A DNA stretch of 64,000 nucleotides from contig NC_043009.1 in NCBI RefSeq assembly GCF_006345805.1, positions 41,416,001 through 41,480,000 of the forward strand. Reading direction: 5' to 3'. The translations under genes were made by a program, and so were the position numbers. Positions 51,371 through 64,000 of the stretch are shown piece after piece (positions within the stretch are counted from its first letter, which is position 1; each line of letters opens with the position of its first letter). The DNA comes from Octopus sinensis (lineage: Eukaryota). Under the pieces are notes generated by a model. That model was not told where the DNA came from. It saw only the letters and a list, made by a program, of their open reading frames with translations, and searched no databases.

Positions 51371-51939
51371 AAACATACACACAGCTACATACACATATTC
51401 ATACATACGGACATATATACAAACGCACACATGTAGTGATTTATTTAAACATTCGTACATGCACACACACATATACAAACAAAACACACACATATATACA
51501 CAAATAAATACACATACACATATACATATATACACACATATATTTACATATACGTGCTTATATACATACCCATACTAGCAATTCATTTCTATATAATTAC
51601 TTTCTAATATTGATTTCTCTCGACTAATTACAATGCGGATATTCATATGGAAGGTGTTACAGTCAATTATGTCAAGACTCTTTCATTGCTGGTATTAATT
51701 GTAGCGGCCCTGGTTGGATTAAAAATAATATCGATCACAACTCTGTTTGAACTTAGAAGACGAAGTGTTAAATACCACAGTACTCCCGGTGCAGCGCTAC
51801 TCCTTTCAAACATGCTTCTTTCCTATCAGCTATCAAACCTAATTCGTATATTCGTATATCCACGCTTCGGCAATACTCCTGTTAGTAACGGTCTCACTCC
51901 TGGCTTATTGTTTACATCAATATATATCCACCTATATAT

Positions 51940-51970
<31 letters not shown>

Positions 51971-51994
51971 ACACACACAAACACACACACACAA

Positions 51995-52093
<99 letters not shown>

Positions 52094-52098
52094 GGCTC

Positions 52099-52200
52099 AG
52101 GAGTGGCTGTGTGGTAAGGAACTTGCTTCCTAACCACATGGTTCCAGGTACAGTCTCACTGCGTGCCACCTTGGGCAAGTGCCTTCTACTATAGCCTCGG
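52099..52200 (+). mobile_element. SINE family B, 5' part only
   Basis: AGGAGTGGCTGTGTGGTAAG...CTATAGCCTCGGG. Confidence 0.75.
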
Positions 52201-52444
52201 GCTATAGCATAATCCCCTGCGTTTTATACTGAAGTGCGGACTATACTCTAGAATTTACGGTATATCCACTAAGAAATGTGATAAAATCAAAGGCAAATTG
52301 TAATTATTGCATGTATGCCATATTTCCTGACAGTACACATGGAAGAAAAAGTATACTTCTAAAGTTACCCGTCACATGACTCTTATATAGAATAATGTCC
52401 GCCGAATAGTTGTCTGTCATAACACTTTAGTATAGAATAACATA

Positions 52445-52680
52445 TATATATTTCTTTACTACCCACAAGGGGCTAAACATAGAGGGGACAAACAAGGACA
52501 GACAAAGGGATTAAGTCGATTACATCGAACCCAGTGGGTAACTGGCACTTAATTTATCGACCCCGAAAGGATGAAAGGCAAAGTCGACCTCGGCGGAATT
52601 TGAACTCACAACGTAACGACAGACGAAATACCGCTAAGCATTTCGCCCGGCGCGCTAACGTTTCTGCCAGCTCGCCGCCT
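52445..52680 (-). mobile_element. SINE family A, well-conserved monomer
   Basis: Full head-to-tail reverse complement ending AAAGAAATA. Confidence 0.9.
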
Positions 52681-53317
52681 TATATATAACATATATAATT
52701 TACTGATACTCTATAAAATAACCAGCATCAATTTGCAGGATTTACAGTCATGGATTAAGGTGGAGATTGATGTTAGGAACTAGTAGAACTTTAGGGTCTC
52801 AGGGGCTGAAGCTGGTAAGGTGGATGAAAACGCTGTAAGCCGAGCCATAATTAGTTCATAAATTAGGGAAACATTATACAATTGCGTAGCCCTGCGTAGC
52901 CCTACATAACCCTGCCTACCCTCATCTCATTTCCATCACTGACTACGATATTGCAATGTCTTTGCTATTATTCATCCTTCTTGGATTAAGGGACTTACGT
53001 TGAGTTATTACTGCTAATGAAGTTAATTGAGAGTGTTAATAAAGACTCCATAAACAACAAGCACTGTTTTAAGTAAATCGAACAACCAGACACGCACACA
53101 TACACACGCACACATACACTCACAAACACACACACACACACACACGCATACACACATAGCACTCGCACTCTCCACACTTCACCTGACACAAGTGCACTTA
53201 CTAATGTCTCTTAATAAAGTAGCCACATAATTGATGCATTTACACAGCTCTTCAGCTACCGCTGTGTCTACTCTTCTTCTTCTTTTTCTTCTTCTCATTA
53301 TTATTATTATTGTTATT

Positions 53318-53388
<71 letters not shown>

Positions 53389-54296
53389 CATCCTTTTACG
53401 TTGAATTACATTGGAATAATTGATATAACAACATATAATAATACTTCCAACCATTTTATCAACACAGTTCTCTGAAATGGCCACCTTTCAGATAATTTTT
53501 AGTTGTTCTTTTTAGACTTCTCTAGAAAAAAAAAAGTGAATTAAGAATCATTCCTCGCCAACATGTGGTAGCAATCATAGAGTTCTCTTTATTAGCTGTT
53601 TGCCACTCCATTGTTATCGCTAAATTTCTAATTGCTTCGAGTAGATAAATACGACTACTATAGAGCTAAGAGAAACGAAAACGATTTATGAGTCAAAAAA
53701 AAAAAAAAAAAACTTAATGCCGGTGAAAAGATAAAATTTTAGTTCTAGATTACACTAAATACCCTACTTGTTGTGTCTACCATCTTAAATTGTCTTCCCT
53801 CTCCTTTATAACAAACGAGCAAAACAAACAAACAAACAAATCATTTTACGTGATATTTGCTTCAAGACGTTTCCATATGTGAGGTGGAAGCTTATTACAC
53901 TTGATTTAGTATTTTATCATCCAAGAGGTCTGCAGAGGTGACTAAGACAGTTAGTTGAAAAGCCAAGCTAAGTAGTGTATAATATTTAATTTCAACTCCA
54001 CTAGAAAACTGCCTAAAATAATACATTTTGTGTGTCATATAAACGTTTTTATTATTGCAGTAATTATACTGAAAAACAAAATAAAACAAAAAAAAATACA
54101 AATTTTTTTTTTAATGGTTTGGTTAGGGTGTAAGGTAGTTCAAACACTACACCCGGTCGTGTTATATGCAGATTCTGTAATGTAGGGTACGCCAATCTGG
54201 CTGAGTCTTGGATCTAGTTACTCAAGATTTTTCATTCATTGTTATTGATTCCAATACCACTGTGGTGGTGAAAGAATTTTCAATTATACAACGAAA

Positions 54297-54666
54297 TAAG
54301 GCGGTGAGCTGGCAGAAACGTTAGCGCGCCGGGCGAAATGCTTAGCAGTATTTCGTCTGCTGCTACATTTTGAGTTCAAATTCCGCCGAGGTTGACCTTG
54401 CCTTTCATCCTTTCGGGGTCGATTAAATAAGTACCAGTTACGCACTGGGGTCGATATAATCGACTTAATCCGTTTGTCTTTCCTTGTTTGTTTGTCCCCT
54501 CTGTGTTTAGCCCCTTGTGGACAGTAAAGAAATAAGAAATGTCAGCACGCCGGGCGAAATGCGTAGCCGTATTTCGTCTGCCGTTACGTTCTGAGTTCAA
54601 ATTCCGCCGAGGTCGACTTTACCTATCATCCTTTCGGGGTCGATTAAATAAGTACCAGTTACGCAC
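54297..54666 (+). mobile_element. SINE family A dimer
   Basis: Two cores; the second is truncated at the MITE. Confidence 0.85.
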
Positions 54667-55009
54667 CAATAAGTATCCGAACTGTTACCATAGGAACAAG
54701 CTAGTCGAGAACGATAAAAACTTTTTCGAAAACTTCGCGTAGGCCTCTGAGCAGGTATCGCCAAGCTTTTGGCAAAATTTGATGCAGATTCTCTGCTCAA
54801 CTTTCTCTGTCATGTTCAATGCGTCGATTACACGCTACACATCTTTCTTTCATGTACTGCTATAAACAGCGGAAGTGAGTTACAATGTTAAAAGTTAGTG
54901 CGCCTGCACAGCAGAGTTCATGGTCAATTTGTGCCGAGCGGTTTCACTCTGCGTGCTTTAGCTTCGTTACTATGGCAACAGTCCGGATACTTATTGATCA
55001 GACCACGTA
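54667..55009 (-). mobile_element. Mariner-derived MITE (internal deletion derivative)
   Basis: TIRs CAATAAGTATCCGAACTGTTACCATAG / CTATGGCAACAGTCCGGATACTTATTG. Internal minus-strand peptide EKVEQRICIKFCQKLGDTCSEAY (mariner HTH). Confidence 0.8.
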
Positions 55010-55252
55010 TATATATATCATATCTACACACACACACACACATACATATACATTCACTTGTTTAAATATTGTTTTTGTTTGAAAGGTGCTTCGGCACGAA
55101 ACTATAAGCCTTTGTGTCAGTTATGTTGCTTTACAGCTAATAAAAACATACACACACATTCGCCTTTGTACATTCAGCACTATTTATCTCGTTTGTAAAA
55201 GCAAACTTATGTCCCCACACATGAGTATGTATGCATATACATACATACAATC

Positions 55253-55284
<32 letters not shown>

Positions 55285-55446
55285 GCATACGCTCACATAT
55301 GTGACATTTATATCACATAATTATACATGTTTATATATATATGTGTGTGTATATAATATAAATATACATATATGTGTAAATATATGTCTATCTATCTATC
55401 CATCTATCCATTTATCTATCTATCTATCTATCCATCAATCTGTCTG

Positions 55447-55556
<110 letters not shown>

Positions 55557-55569
55557 ATATATAATATAT

Positions 55570-55618
<49 letters not shown>

Positions 55619-55619
55619 G

Positions 55620-56200
55620 TGTTCATGTGTTTTTATTTGTTGGTGACTAATGAATGTTGCCAGCGTGTTTGTTTTAGAATTGTGCCGCCGTGTGAAGACC
55701 AATATTTTCATAATTAATCCTCTATTTTTGTGTATAATCTCGCAGATTATAGATGCGTTGTCCATTAATTTTTCCTGTTTGCTTTTGTATTTTGTTCCGT
55801 AATGCATTTTGTGTTTCATTTTATGAGTTTCCTTTTAATTATCTATTCAACTATTCCATCTATAGTTAGTAAGTATTACAATCATACGTTACATTTTATA
55901 TTTGCCTTGTCTATATTAAATAGGTGTCATGTCTAATGTATTTGTCAAGTCGTATTTGTATTTGCATTGTTCTACGGCTTGTTCTATTAGTTTATTAGAA
56001 TAACCATTGTTGATCAGTGTTTGCTTTATTCTGCAGATTTCTTTATCTAGTATTTCTTTTGTGAAAGGGAATCTAAATTGAGTTCTATATAGGGATTTTA
56101 TCACTGAAAGATTGAGTCTGTGTGGACATTAGTCCCCTCTATATAAGTATATAAATATATTTGTGTCATTGGTTGTAAACGAGTCTGATATATCTGCAGT
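55620..56200 (-). pseudogene. Second, divergent Penelope-like remnant
   Basis: KEICRIKQTLINNGYSNKLIEQ (PLE post-RT motif), followed by a MHY..KYK..EK...II-like segment. Confidence 0.55.
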
Positions 56201-56261
56201 AGATTATATTGTTCTATATTGTAATCCTTACTCTGTGTTTCTAACGATATTTCTTCACACA

Positions 56262-56850
56262 AGGCGGCGAGCTGGCAGAAATGTTAGCACGCCGGGGCGA
56301 AATGCTTAGCGGTATTTCGTCTGCCACTACGTTCTGAGTTCAAATTCTGCCGAGGTCGACTTTTTGCCTCTCATCCTTTCGGAGTCGTTTAAATAAGTAT
56401 CAGTTATGCACTGGGGTCGATATAATCGACTTAATCAGTTTGTCTGTCCTTGTTTGTCCTCTGTGTTTAGCCCCTTGTGGGTAGTAAAGAAACAGGTATT
56501 TCGTCAGCCGCAACGTTCTGAGTTCAAATTCCACCGAGGTCGACTTTGCCTCTCATCCTTTCGGGGTCGATTAAATAAGTACCAGTTACGCACTGGGTCG
56601 ATATAATCGACTTAATCCGTGTGTCTGTCCTTGATTGTCCTCTCTGTGTTTAGCCCCTTGTGGGTAGTAAAGAAACAGGTATTTCGTCAGCCGCAACGTT
56701 CTGAGTTCAAATTCCGCCGAGGTCGACTTTGCTTCCCATCCTTTCGGGGTCGATTAAATAAGTACCAGTTACGCACTGGCGCCGATATAATCGACTCAAT
56801 CCGTTTGTCTGTCCTTGTTTGTTTAGCCCCGTGTGGGTAGTAAAGAAATA
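56262..56850 (+). mobile_element. SINE family A tandem multimer (~3.5 units)
   Basis: Units joined at AAAGAAACA|GGTATTTCG. Confidence 0.9.
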
Positions 56851-56892
56851 GATATTTCCTCACACACACACACACACACGCACGCGCACGCA

Positions 56893-56946
<54 letters not shown>

Positions 56947-57299
56947 TAAACACTGGAATGAAAATTTCGCCAACGCATAGCGGTCATTTTACAGTGTTTA
57001 TTTATCCTGCTCGTACCTTCTTCGTATTTGACCGTACTCTAAATTTACAATTATCTGAGCTATTGCACTTAGCACTCGATTTATTTACACTGCCCTTTAT
57101 TTAACGGTCAGCATCCTTAATAATTTTTGTGTAGTGTGCTCAAATAAGATGTTACAAATCAACTCCTGGTATATTTCTGTCCACTTTAAGCCTCATTATT
57201 GTTTGTCCAGATTCTTCTATTACGATGTATGTATGTATGTATGTATGTATGTATGTATGTATGTATGTATGTATGTATGTATGTATGTATGTATGTATG

Positions 57300-57332
<33 letters not shown>

Positions 57333-57339
57333 GTGTGTG

Positions 57340-57535
57340 TGTGTGTGTGTGTGTTTGTCCTCAACCACTGCTTGACAACCGGCATTGCCGTATTTATATC
57401 TCCGTAACGTAGCGGATCAGCCAAAGATACCAATAGAATAAGTACCACACTCAAAAAGTACTGGGGTCAATTTGTTAGGATGTTCCCCCAGCATGGCCGC
57501 AGACAAATGACTGACAGAAGTAAAAGAATAAAAGT
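57340..57535 (+). mobile_element. SINE family B, 3' half
   Basis: GCTTGACAACC...GAATAAGTAC...CCAGCATGGCCGCAG..TGACTGA..AAGTAAAAGA. Confidence 0.7.
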
Positions 57536-57550
57536 ATATATATATATAAT

Positions 57551-57592
<42 letters not shown>

Positions 57593-57792
57593 ATATACTC
57601 GAAAAGGATATCCAAAGTAGTGTAGTACAATCGTTTCATACTACTTCATTTTATTAAACAATGTAAGTATTACATTAGTTTTAAAATGTAAAGCAATCTT
57701 CAACCACATATAGAATTTTTTTATTAATACCATACCAAATTCTGGTGCCTTTAACTTAAGTAACATATTCATCTGAATCTAAATTTTGCTGA

Positions 57793-57863
<71 letters not shown>

Positions 57864-58129
57864 TAGACATACTTGCACACATGAATACACACAAACACAC
57901 ACACATATATGTCCGTGTGTGTATGTATGTATGAGTGTGTATGTATGTTTCTATGTACGCATACTTAGACTGTACACCATCCACAAGTTGTGCTTTTGCA
58001 AACCTATGATGAGAAAGACTTTTGATTAAAGTCGATTCGGCTGTGATCACCTTGTATTTCTCTTTTCAGGCGTAGTGCACCTTGGAGTACATCATACAAT
58101 ATCAATATTGTAGTAAATATTCTGAGGCA

Positions 58130-58400
58130 CCCTTGAAAGGATGAAAGTCAAAATCGATATCTTCAACAGTTGACTTCAGAATGTAAAGAGCCGGAACAAA
58201 AGCTGCTAAGCATTTTGTCCGGATCGGTGATGATTCTGCTAGCTCACCGTCTTCTTTTGCAAAGTTTGGCCCTAGGCCATCAATTTTAGGGGAGGAAATA
58301 AGTCGATAACATCGACTCCAATGTTCAACTGGTATTAATTTTGACGACCTCTAAACGCTGAAAGACAAAGTTAACCTCAGCGGAATTTGAACCCAGAGTC
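58130..58400 (-). mobile_element. Two degenerate SINE family A copies
   Basis: Diverged reverse-complement cores. Confidence 0.6.
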
Positions 58401-59163
58401 GGTACAGCTAGAGTTAATTAACTTGTACTATAAGTCAGAAAATTTTAGATCTTTCACACTCGGGTCCGAGTTGGACTATTCCCTGCTCTTATTCATTGGT
58501 GCCCTCTTGCTAAGCCTCTGAACAATATGTCCTTCATTTTCGGAGAGTATATTATGCTTTTAGAGAGATTAGGTTCCTATTTCTAGAAGTGTTATTAAAT
58601 GCTTTCTTGTTTAATAATCAGAAACAACAATGTTTGATGTCTTTTAGAAGAAAAGGTAGAAAAAAGAGAAAGAACAAAACACAAAAACAAACAAAAATAC
58701 ACACAAAAAACCAACAAAATACAAAACTGGAAGATGTGCTTGATTTTTAGCAAGATTTTAATTTATTACGTAAAGTTAGTCAGATTACGTAACATCTGAT
58801 GTTTAGTTAGCGTAAGTGTTTGAGAATTCTTTAATGTAAAGAATCAGTCATAGAATTGTACACTTTTGATGCTGGAATCTAGAAATATTTATAAGGAAAT
58901 CAATATTCGATGAAAGTAGATAAATAAATAACTATTAAAGTGTGTTTGAAAATATTGATTTCTAACATGAAACGAGACCACACATTTGTAGGATGAGAGC
59001 TATAGTTGATTATATCGATTCTAGCATTTAACTGACACGGATTTTAATAACAACTCTGGAAAGAAGAAAGAAAAACAAATCTACATTGGTTGGATTTGAA
59101 CTTGGTATGTAATGGGTTGAAACTAAATACTGCAAGGTATTTTTATGTAGCGCACTATCGATA

Positions 59164-59546
59164 TCTCTCTCTATATAAACGGCAGTTTGTCTGTGCGTTT
59201 TCTGTGTGTCTGTTTTCTCGTACCCTCACTCTGACCACGGCTTTCAACCGATTCTGATGAAACTTGACACACACATAGCCCAATGTCATAATTCAAAACT
59301 AACGCAGCGAAAATTTCGAAAAGTTCCCCCAGTTCTGAAAAAAATCGATAAATTCGACATGGGGTCGAGAATCAGAAACCCAAACCACAGACCGTCTAGG
59401 GGACGCAACTCCACCTTTTTTAACTCTAAAAAAAATTTACCATCATTTTTTTTCCATTTTTTTGCTATTTTTTGGCTATAACTCTCTAAAAATGCTTTAT
59501 AGTTATTTCCCTTACAAACCTGAGCAACGCCGGGCGATACTGCTAG
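59164..59546 (+). mobile_element. Non-autonomous Helitron, different 5' module
   Basis: A|TCTCTCTCTATATAAACGGCAG...; the 3' ~130 bp and CTAG|T end are shared with 38679-39072. Confidence 0.8.
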
Positions 59547-59711
59547 TCTGAGGATATACCGCTTGAATAATAATTTTATGATTTTGAATCTATTACTATA
59601 TTTAACTGCTACTTATATTGTCAAATTCGAAAGCAGTATGAAAAGCAATGTCTACACACACACATACGTATATGTGTGTATGTATGTGTGTGTATATATA
59701 TATATATATAT

Positions 59712-59840
<129 letters not shown>

Positions 59841-59937
59841 GTGTGTGTGTGTGTATTTATATATATACACATACATATGCGTACGTGTACATATGTGTCT
59901 ATAATCTTTTACGAGCTTCAGTGATTGGAATTATGAC

Positions 59938-60150
59938 CAAGGCGATGAGCTGGCAGAATCGCTAGCGCGCTGGACGAAAATGTTTAGCGGCATTTCGCCC
60001 GTCGTTACATTCTGAGTTCAAATCCCGCTGAGGTCGACTTTGTTTTTCATCCTTTCGGGGTCGATAAATTAAGTACCAGCGAAACACTGCGGTCGCTATA
60101 ATCGACTAGTCCCCACATCACAAATTTGAGGCCTTGTCCATCCTGTACAA
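59938..60150 (+). mobile_element. SINE family A
   Basis: Full monomer. Confidence 0.85.
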
Positions 60151-60448
60151 AGGATTGGAATATGGTCATGAAACGGCGCTGCCTTGAAGGATTTTAGTCG
60201 AACAGACTTTCATTTTTTTTTTAGCCTGCGACATATTCTATCGGTTTCTTCGGCCGAACCAATAAGTTATGGGGACGCAAACAAACCAACTCCGGTTGTC
60301 AAGCCGTGGTGGTGGTGGTGGGGGGGGGACAAACACATGTTAAAACACACACACATAGAAACCTAGTTATATAGATACATATACGTATACGCGCATATGT
60401 GTGTATGTGTGTATGCGTGTGTGCACACGCATGTGTATGTGTGAGAAT

Positions 60449-60745
60449 GAAGGTGCGTGGAACTAGTGGTTAAGGTGTTACACTCACGATCGCTAGATCG
60501 TACGTTCTGTTCCTTGACCGAGCGGCGTGTTGTGTTCTTGAGCAAAACACTTCGTTTCAAGTTGCTTCACTTCACTCAGCTGTAAAACGTAACCCTTCGA
60601 CGGAATAGCCTTCCTATCGGATGGAATATAGGCCTGCACGCCTAGCCAGCGGGGTGGCACCATTGGAAATGTAAAATAATGTGAAGCGCATTGTGAGCAG
60701 CGATGTGTAACAACATCCAATAGTCTGGTCATTACCGTGATATGT
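60449..60745 (+). mobile_element. SINE family D (variant tail)
   Basis: tRNA-like head followed by GTGTTGTGTTCTTGAGCAAAACAC...CACTCAGCTGTAAAA. Confidence 0.6.
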
Positions 60746-61142
60746 ATATGTGTGTGTGTGCGTATGTGTATACTCGACGGTCTTTCAGTTTTCGTCTACC
60801 AAATCCCCTTACAAGGGTTTAGTCAGCTCAAAGTGTCACGCAAAGGAATTGTGAACCCGGTACCATGTGGTTGGGAAGCAAACTTCTTACCATACAGCTG
60901 CTAAGTAATTAAATGGGTCTCCGTCAGTTTCGATGATGAGTATTCATTTGTACGATCATTTGCATTACATGCCCTTGAATTAACATGTAGCTGAATATTT
61001 CACAGATATGTAGGACTTCAACATTTAGGTGTTCTGTCAAACGTAATGCTTAATTATTCACATAGTTTCGAATTAAACATACATTATCTTGTGGTTTTGG
61101 GATTTGAATGAGTTGTTTTTACATTATTATCGTTATTAGTGT

Positions 61143-61615
61143 AAGCGCATGGCTCAGTGGTTAGCATGTCGGGTTCAGAATCATGAGATAGTGAGTTCAA
61201 TTCCAGGACAAAGCCGTGTGTTATATATGGAACAGGTGATGCTGAAGCACTGTATTTAACTATCTAATAGATTGTATCTAGTATTGTACATGACTCAGTG
61301 GTTAGAGCGTCGAACTCCCAATCATGAGATAGTGAATTCGATTACCGGACCAGACTGCGTGTTGTGTTCTTGAGCAAGTCACTTTATTTCACGTTGCTCC
61401 AGTTCACTCAGCTGTAGAAATGAGTTGCGACATCACTGGTGCTAAGCTGTATCGGCCTTTGCCTTTCCCGTGGATAACACTGGTGGTGTGGAAAGGGGAG
61501 GCTGGTATGCATGGGTGACTGCTGGTCTTCTAGAGATAACCTTGTTCGGATTTGTACCTCGGAGGGTAATTTTCTAGGTGCAATCCCATGGTCATTCATG
61601 GCCGAAGGGGTGGTC
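61143..61615 (+). mobile_element. SINE family D: truncated head plus second full copy
   Basis: GCGCATGGCTCAGTGGTTAG...GAGTTCAATTCC at 61143; the head restarts at 61290. Confidence 0.75.
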
Positions 61616-62156
61616 TGTTTTTGTATATTATTAGAAAAACATTGCTGGGTAAGTATGAGAGAGGTCTGATCTGCCCAGTTTGAACACAAAACAGGTAGAA
61701 TATTTGGGCGTGATATGGCCAGTTTGAATGCCCTAAAGGGTTAACGTTCTTCTCAACTAGAAAAATTATGATAGAGCAAGTGAGAAGACTGAGATCTAGG
61801 ATTATAGGCACAGTATATCTGATAAGCTGCTAAGCGGTTTTCTTTCACGCAATTTCACTGATAACGATTGTTTTGATTCGAGATTACAAAAAATCAGACA
61901 CTTGCACAACATGCCCGATATGCTGGTGTGATGGAATCTGGGACCATGTGATTTTGAACGAAACCTCTTAAACATTTCCACCCACATACATACACACACA
62001 CCTTACTTAAAAATGTATGTCTGTGTGTTTATATATATATGTATGTATGTATAAATTCATAACTACATCTACACGCATATACACTCACATGTACACACCT
62101 ACACACACGCAAACACATTGTCATATAGATGCATATGTACATGTATGTCTACCTAC

Positions 62157-62248
<92 letters not shown>

Positions 62249-62280
62249 TGTGTTTTTTGTGCTTTCATGTTTGGATTAAC

Positions 62281-62332
<52 letters not shown>

Positions 62333-62447
62333 TATATATATAATATATATATATATAATTAATATCAGGGTAATAAAGATTTAAACATTTTTTACTACCA
62401 GTGGCCTAGCGTATTGTAAAATTAGTCGATAGACTATATATTATTCA

Positions 62448-62620
62448 TATAAAACAGTGTACATTTAGACATATTAAGAGGTTACCATCATAGGAATCCC
62501 TTACGCTAGAAAGAACAGATAAAGTCCTAATTAGTGGTTTGGAGTTTAGCTGCTCTTTCTAGCTTAAAGGATTCCTATGATGGAAACCTTTTAATGTGTT
62601 TAAGTGTACACTGTGTTATA
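62448..62620. mobile_element. Fold-back MITE-like element (71-bp arms, ~31-bp spacer)
   Basis: 62448-62518 is the reverse complement of 62550-62620 with about 9 mismatches; TA context at both ends. Confidence 0.7.
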
Positions 62621-62704
62621 TATATATATATATATATATATCTGGAACAGGTGATGCTGAAGCACTGTATTTAACTATCTAATAGATTGTATCTAGTATT
62701 GTAC

Positions 62705-62985
62705 ATGACTCAGTGGTTAGAGCGCCGATCTTCCAATCATGAGATAGTGAGTTCGATTCCCGGACTGTGTTGTGTGTTGTGTTCTTGAGCAAGGCTCTTT
62801 ATTCTGCGTTGCTCCAGTTCATTCAGCTGCAGAAATGAGTTGCGACATCACTGGTGCCAAGCTGTATCAACCTTTGATTTCTCTTGGATAACATCTTCCA
62901 TAAACAACTCTGCCCTGACTTGTGCCTTGGAGAGGAACTTTCTAAGTGCAATCCGATGGTCATTCATGATCGAAGGGGTCATTCT
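62705..62985 (+). mobile_element. SINE family D with internal deletion
   Basis: Collinear with 61290-61615. Confidence 0.75.
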
Positions 62986-63025
62986 CACCCTTGACATAAT
63001 GCATAAAATACATACATACAGGCAC

Positions 63026-63096
<71 letters not shown>

Positions 63097-63241
63097 AATG
63101 TATGTGTGTTTTTTCAGTGTTTACGAATAATACGGGGAAAAAATAGTCACCAAGGTAGCAAAAATTCACACAAGTACCAAGGATGTAACAGCCTACCTAT
63201 AAAGGTAGAAACTCCAGGTTTAGGTGAAATGGTTTTTTATA

Positions 63242-63333
63242 ATATAGATAAATAAATAAATGGAGTTAAACGCAGGTGTTATTCAAATTTGAATAACACC
63301 TGCGTTTAACTCCATTTATTTATTTATCTATAT
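63242..63333. repeat. Perfect spacerless 92-bp palindrome
   Basis: 46-bp arm ATATAGATAAATAAATAAATGGAGTTAAACGCAGGTGTTATTCAAA followed immediately by its exact reverse complement. Confidence 0.95.
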
Positions 63334-63654
63334 ATTTATGTATGTATGTATGTATCATGTATACACATGCACAGACGGACACATTCACACATACGTATAT
63401 TATATATGTGAGTGCATGTGTGTTTACGTCTGTTTGCATATAACACGATCTTCAGATCAAGATCACAGTTCATGTCTTCTAAGGATTAATACTCCGAACG
63501 TTTCTAAAAGAAATCTACGAGTGTATTCTTCTATTGAATTTTTAAATGATTAGAGCAATCAACAACTTTGATGACAATTTCAAAGTTCTGAATTCCCCAG
63601 AATGTAAAAACAAAATATTTACAGTAGAACATTATTATTAGAAAATGAAGTTAA

Positions 63655-63870
63655 GGCGGCGAGCTGGCAGACACGTTAGCACGCTGGACGAAAATGTTTA
63701 GCGGTATTTCGCCCGTCGCTACATTCTGAGTTCAAATTGTGGCGAGGTCGACTTTGCCTTTCCTCCTTTCGGGTTCGATAAATTAAGAATCAGTGAAACA
63801 CTGGGATCGATGTAATCGACTAGTCCCCTCCCCACAAGTTTCAGGACTTGTGCCTATAGTAGAAAGGATT
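63655..63870 (+). mobile_element. SINE family A
   Basis: Full monomer with tail CTTGTGCCTATAGTAGAAAGGATTAT. Confidence 0.85.
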
Positions 63871-64000
63871 ATAAGACGACTTTCATAATCAATGAGTTAA
63901 AGTAGACACTGTAGTCACAACTGGACCAAAGTGCAAGATAAAATAACCAAACGTTTTGAATTATATGATGCAGGTTATTGTCTTTGAGATTAATAAGGCG

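Noticed and set aside
51647-51930. Hydrophobic ORF MEGVTVNYVKTLSLLVL...
   Set aside because: No recognisable family; the opposite strand looks like an old SINE remnant.
58447-58520. Potential terminal exon encoding a GPI-signal-like peptide (SFTLGSELDYSLLLFIGALLLSL*)
   Set aside because: Weak acceptor and no linked upstream exons; chance is likely.

Overview
Very AT-rich, microsatellite-dense eukaryotic non-coding DNA. I infer a coleoid cephalopod, probably Octopus, from the SINE families and repeat load. No host protein-coding gene could be identified, and most entries in the ORF track are translated microsatellites. The window is a graveyard of mobile elements: at least four tRNA-headed SINE families, non-autonomous Helitrons, several Tc1/mariner remnants and MITEs, RTE, Tx1/L1 and R4/Dong non-LTR remnants, and two Penelope-like element (PLE) lineages. 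The main result is a ~2.2 kb tandem array at 42997-45187, about 4.1 units of ~530 bp. Each unit carries a type I minimal hammerhead ribozyme on the minus strand (CUGACGA...GAAAC-AAUU-GUC), which is the architecture of a retrozyme or a multimeric PLE pseudo-LTR. The array sits beside an inverted-duplicated PLE RT/GIY-YIG locus that has its own decayed hammerhead. A solitary hammerhead with a compensatory U3-A8 core pair lies at 17478-17516, and a possible decayed HDV-like ribozyme lies in the 5' UTR of an R4/Dong element. All structures were read by eye; none is computationally validated, and repeat boundaries are approximate.
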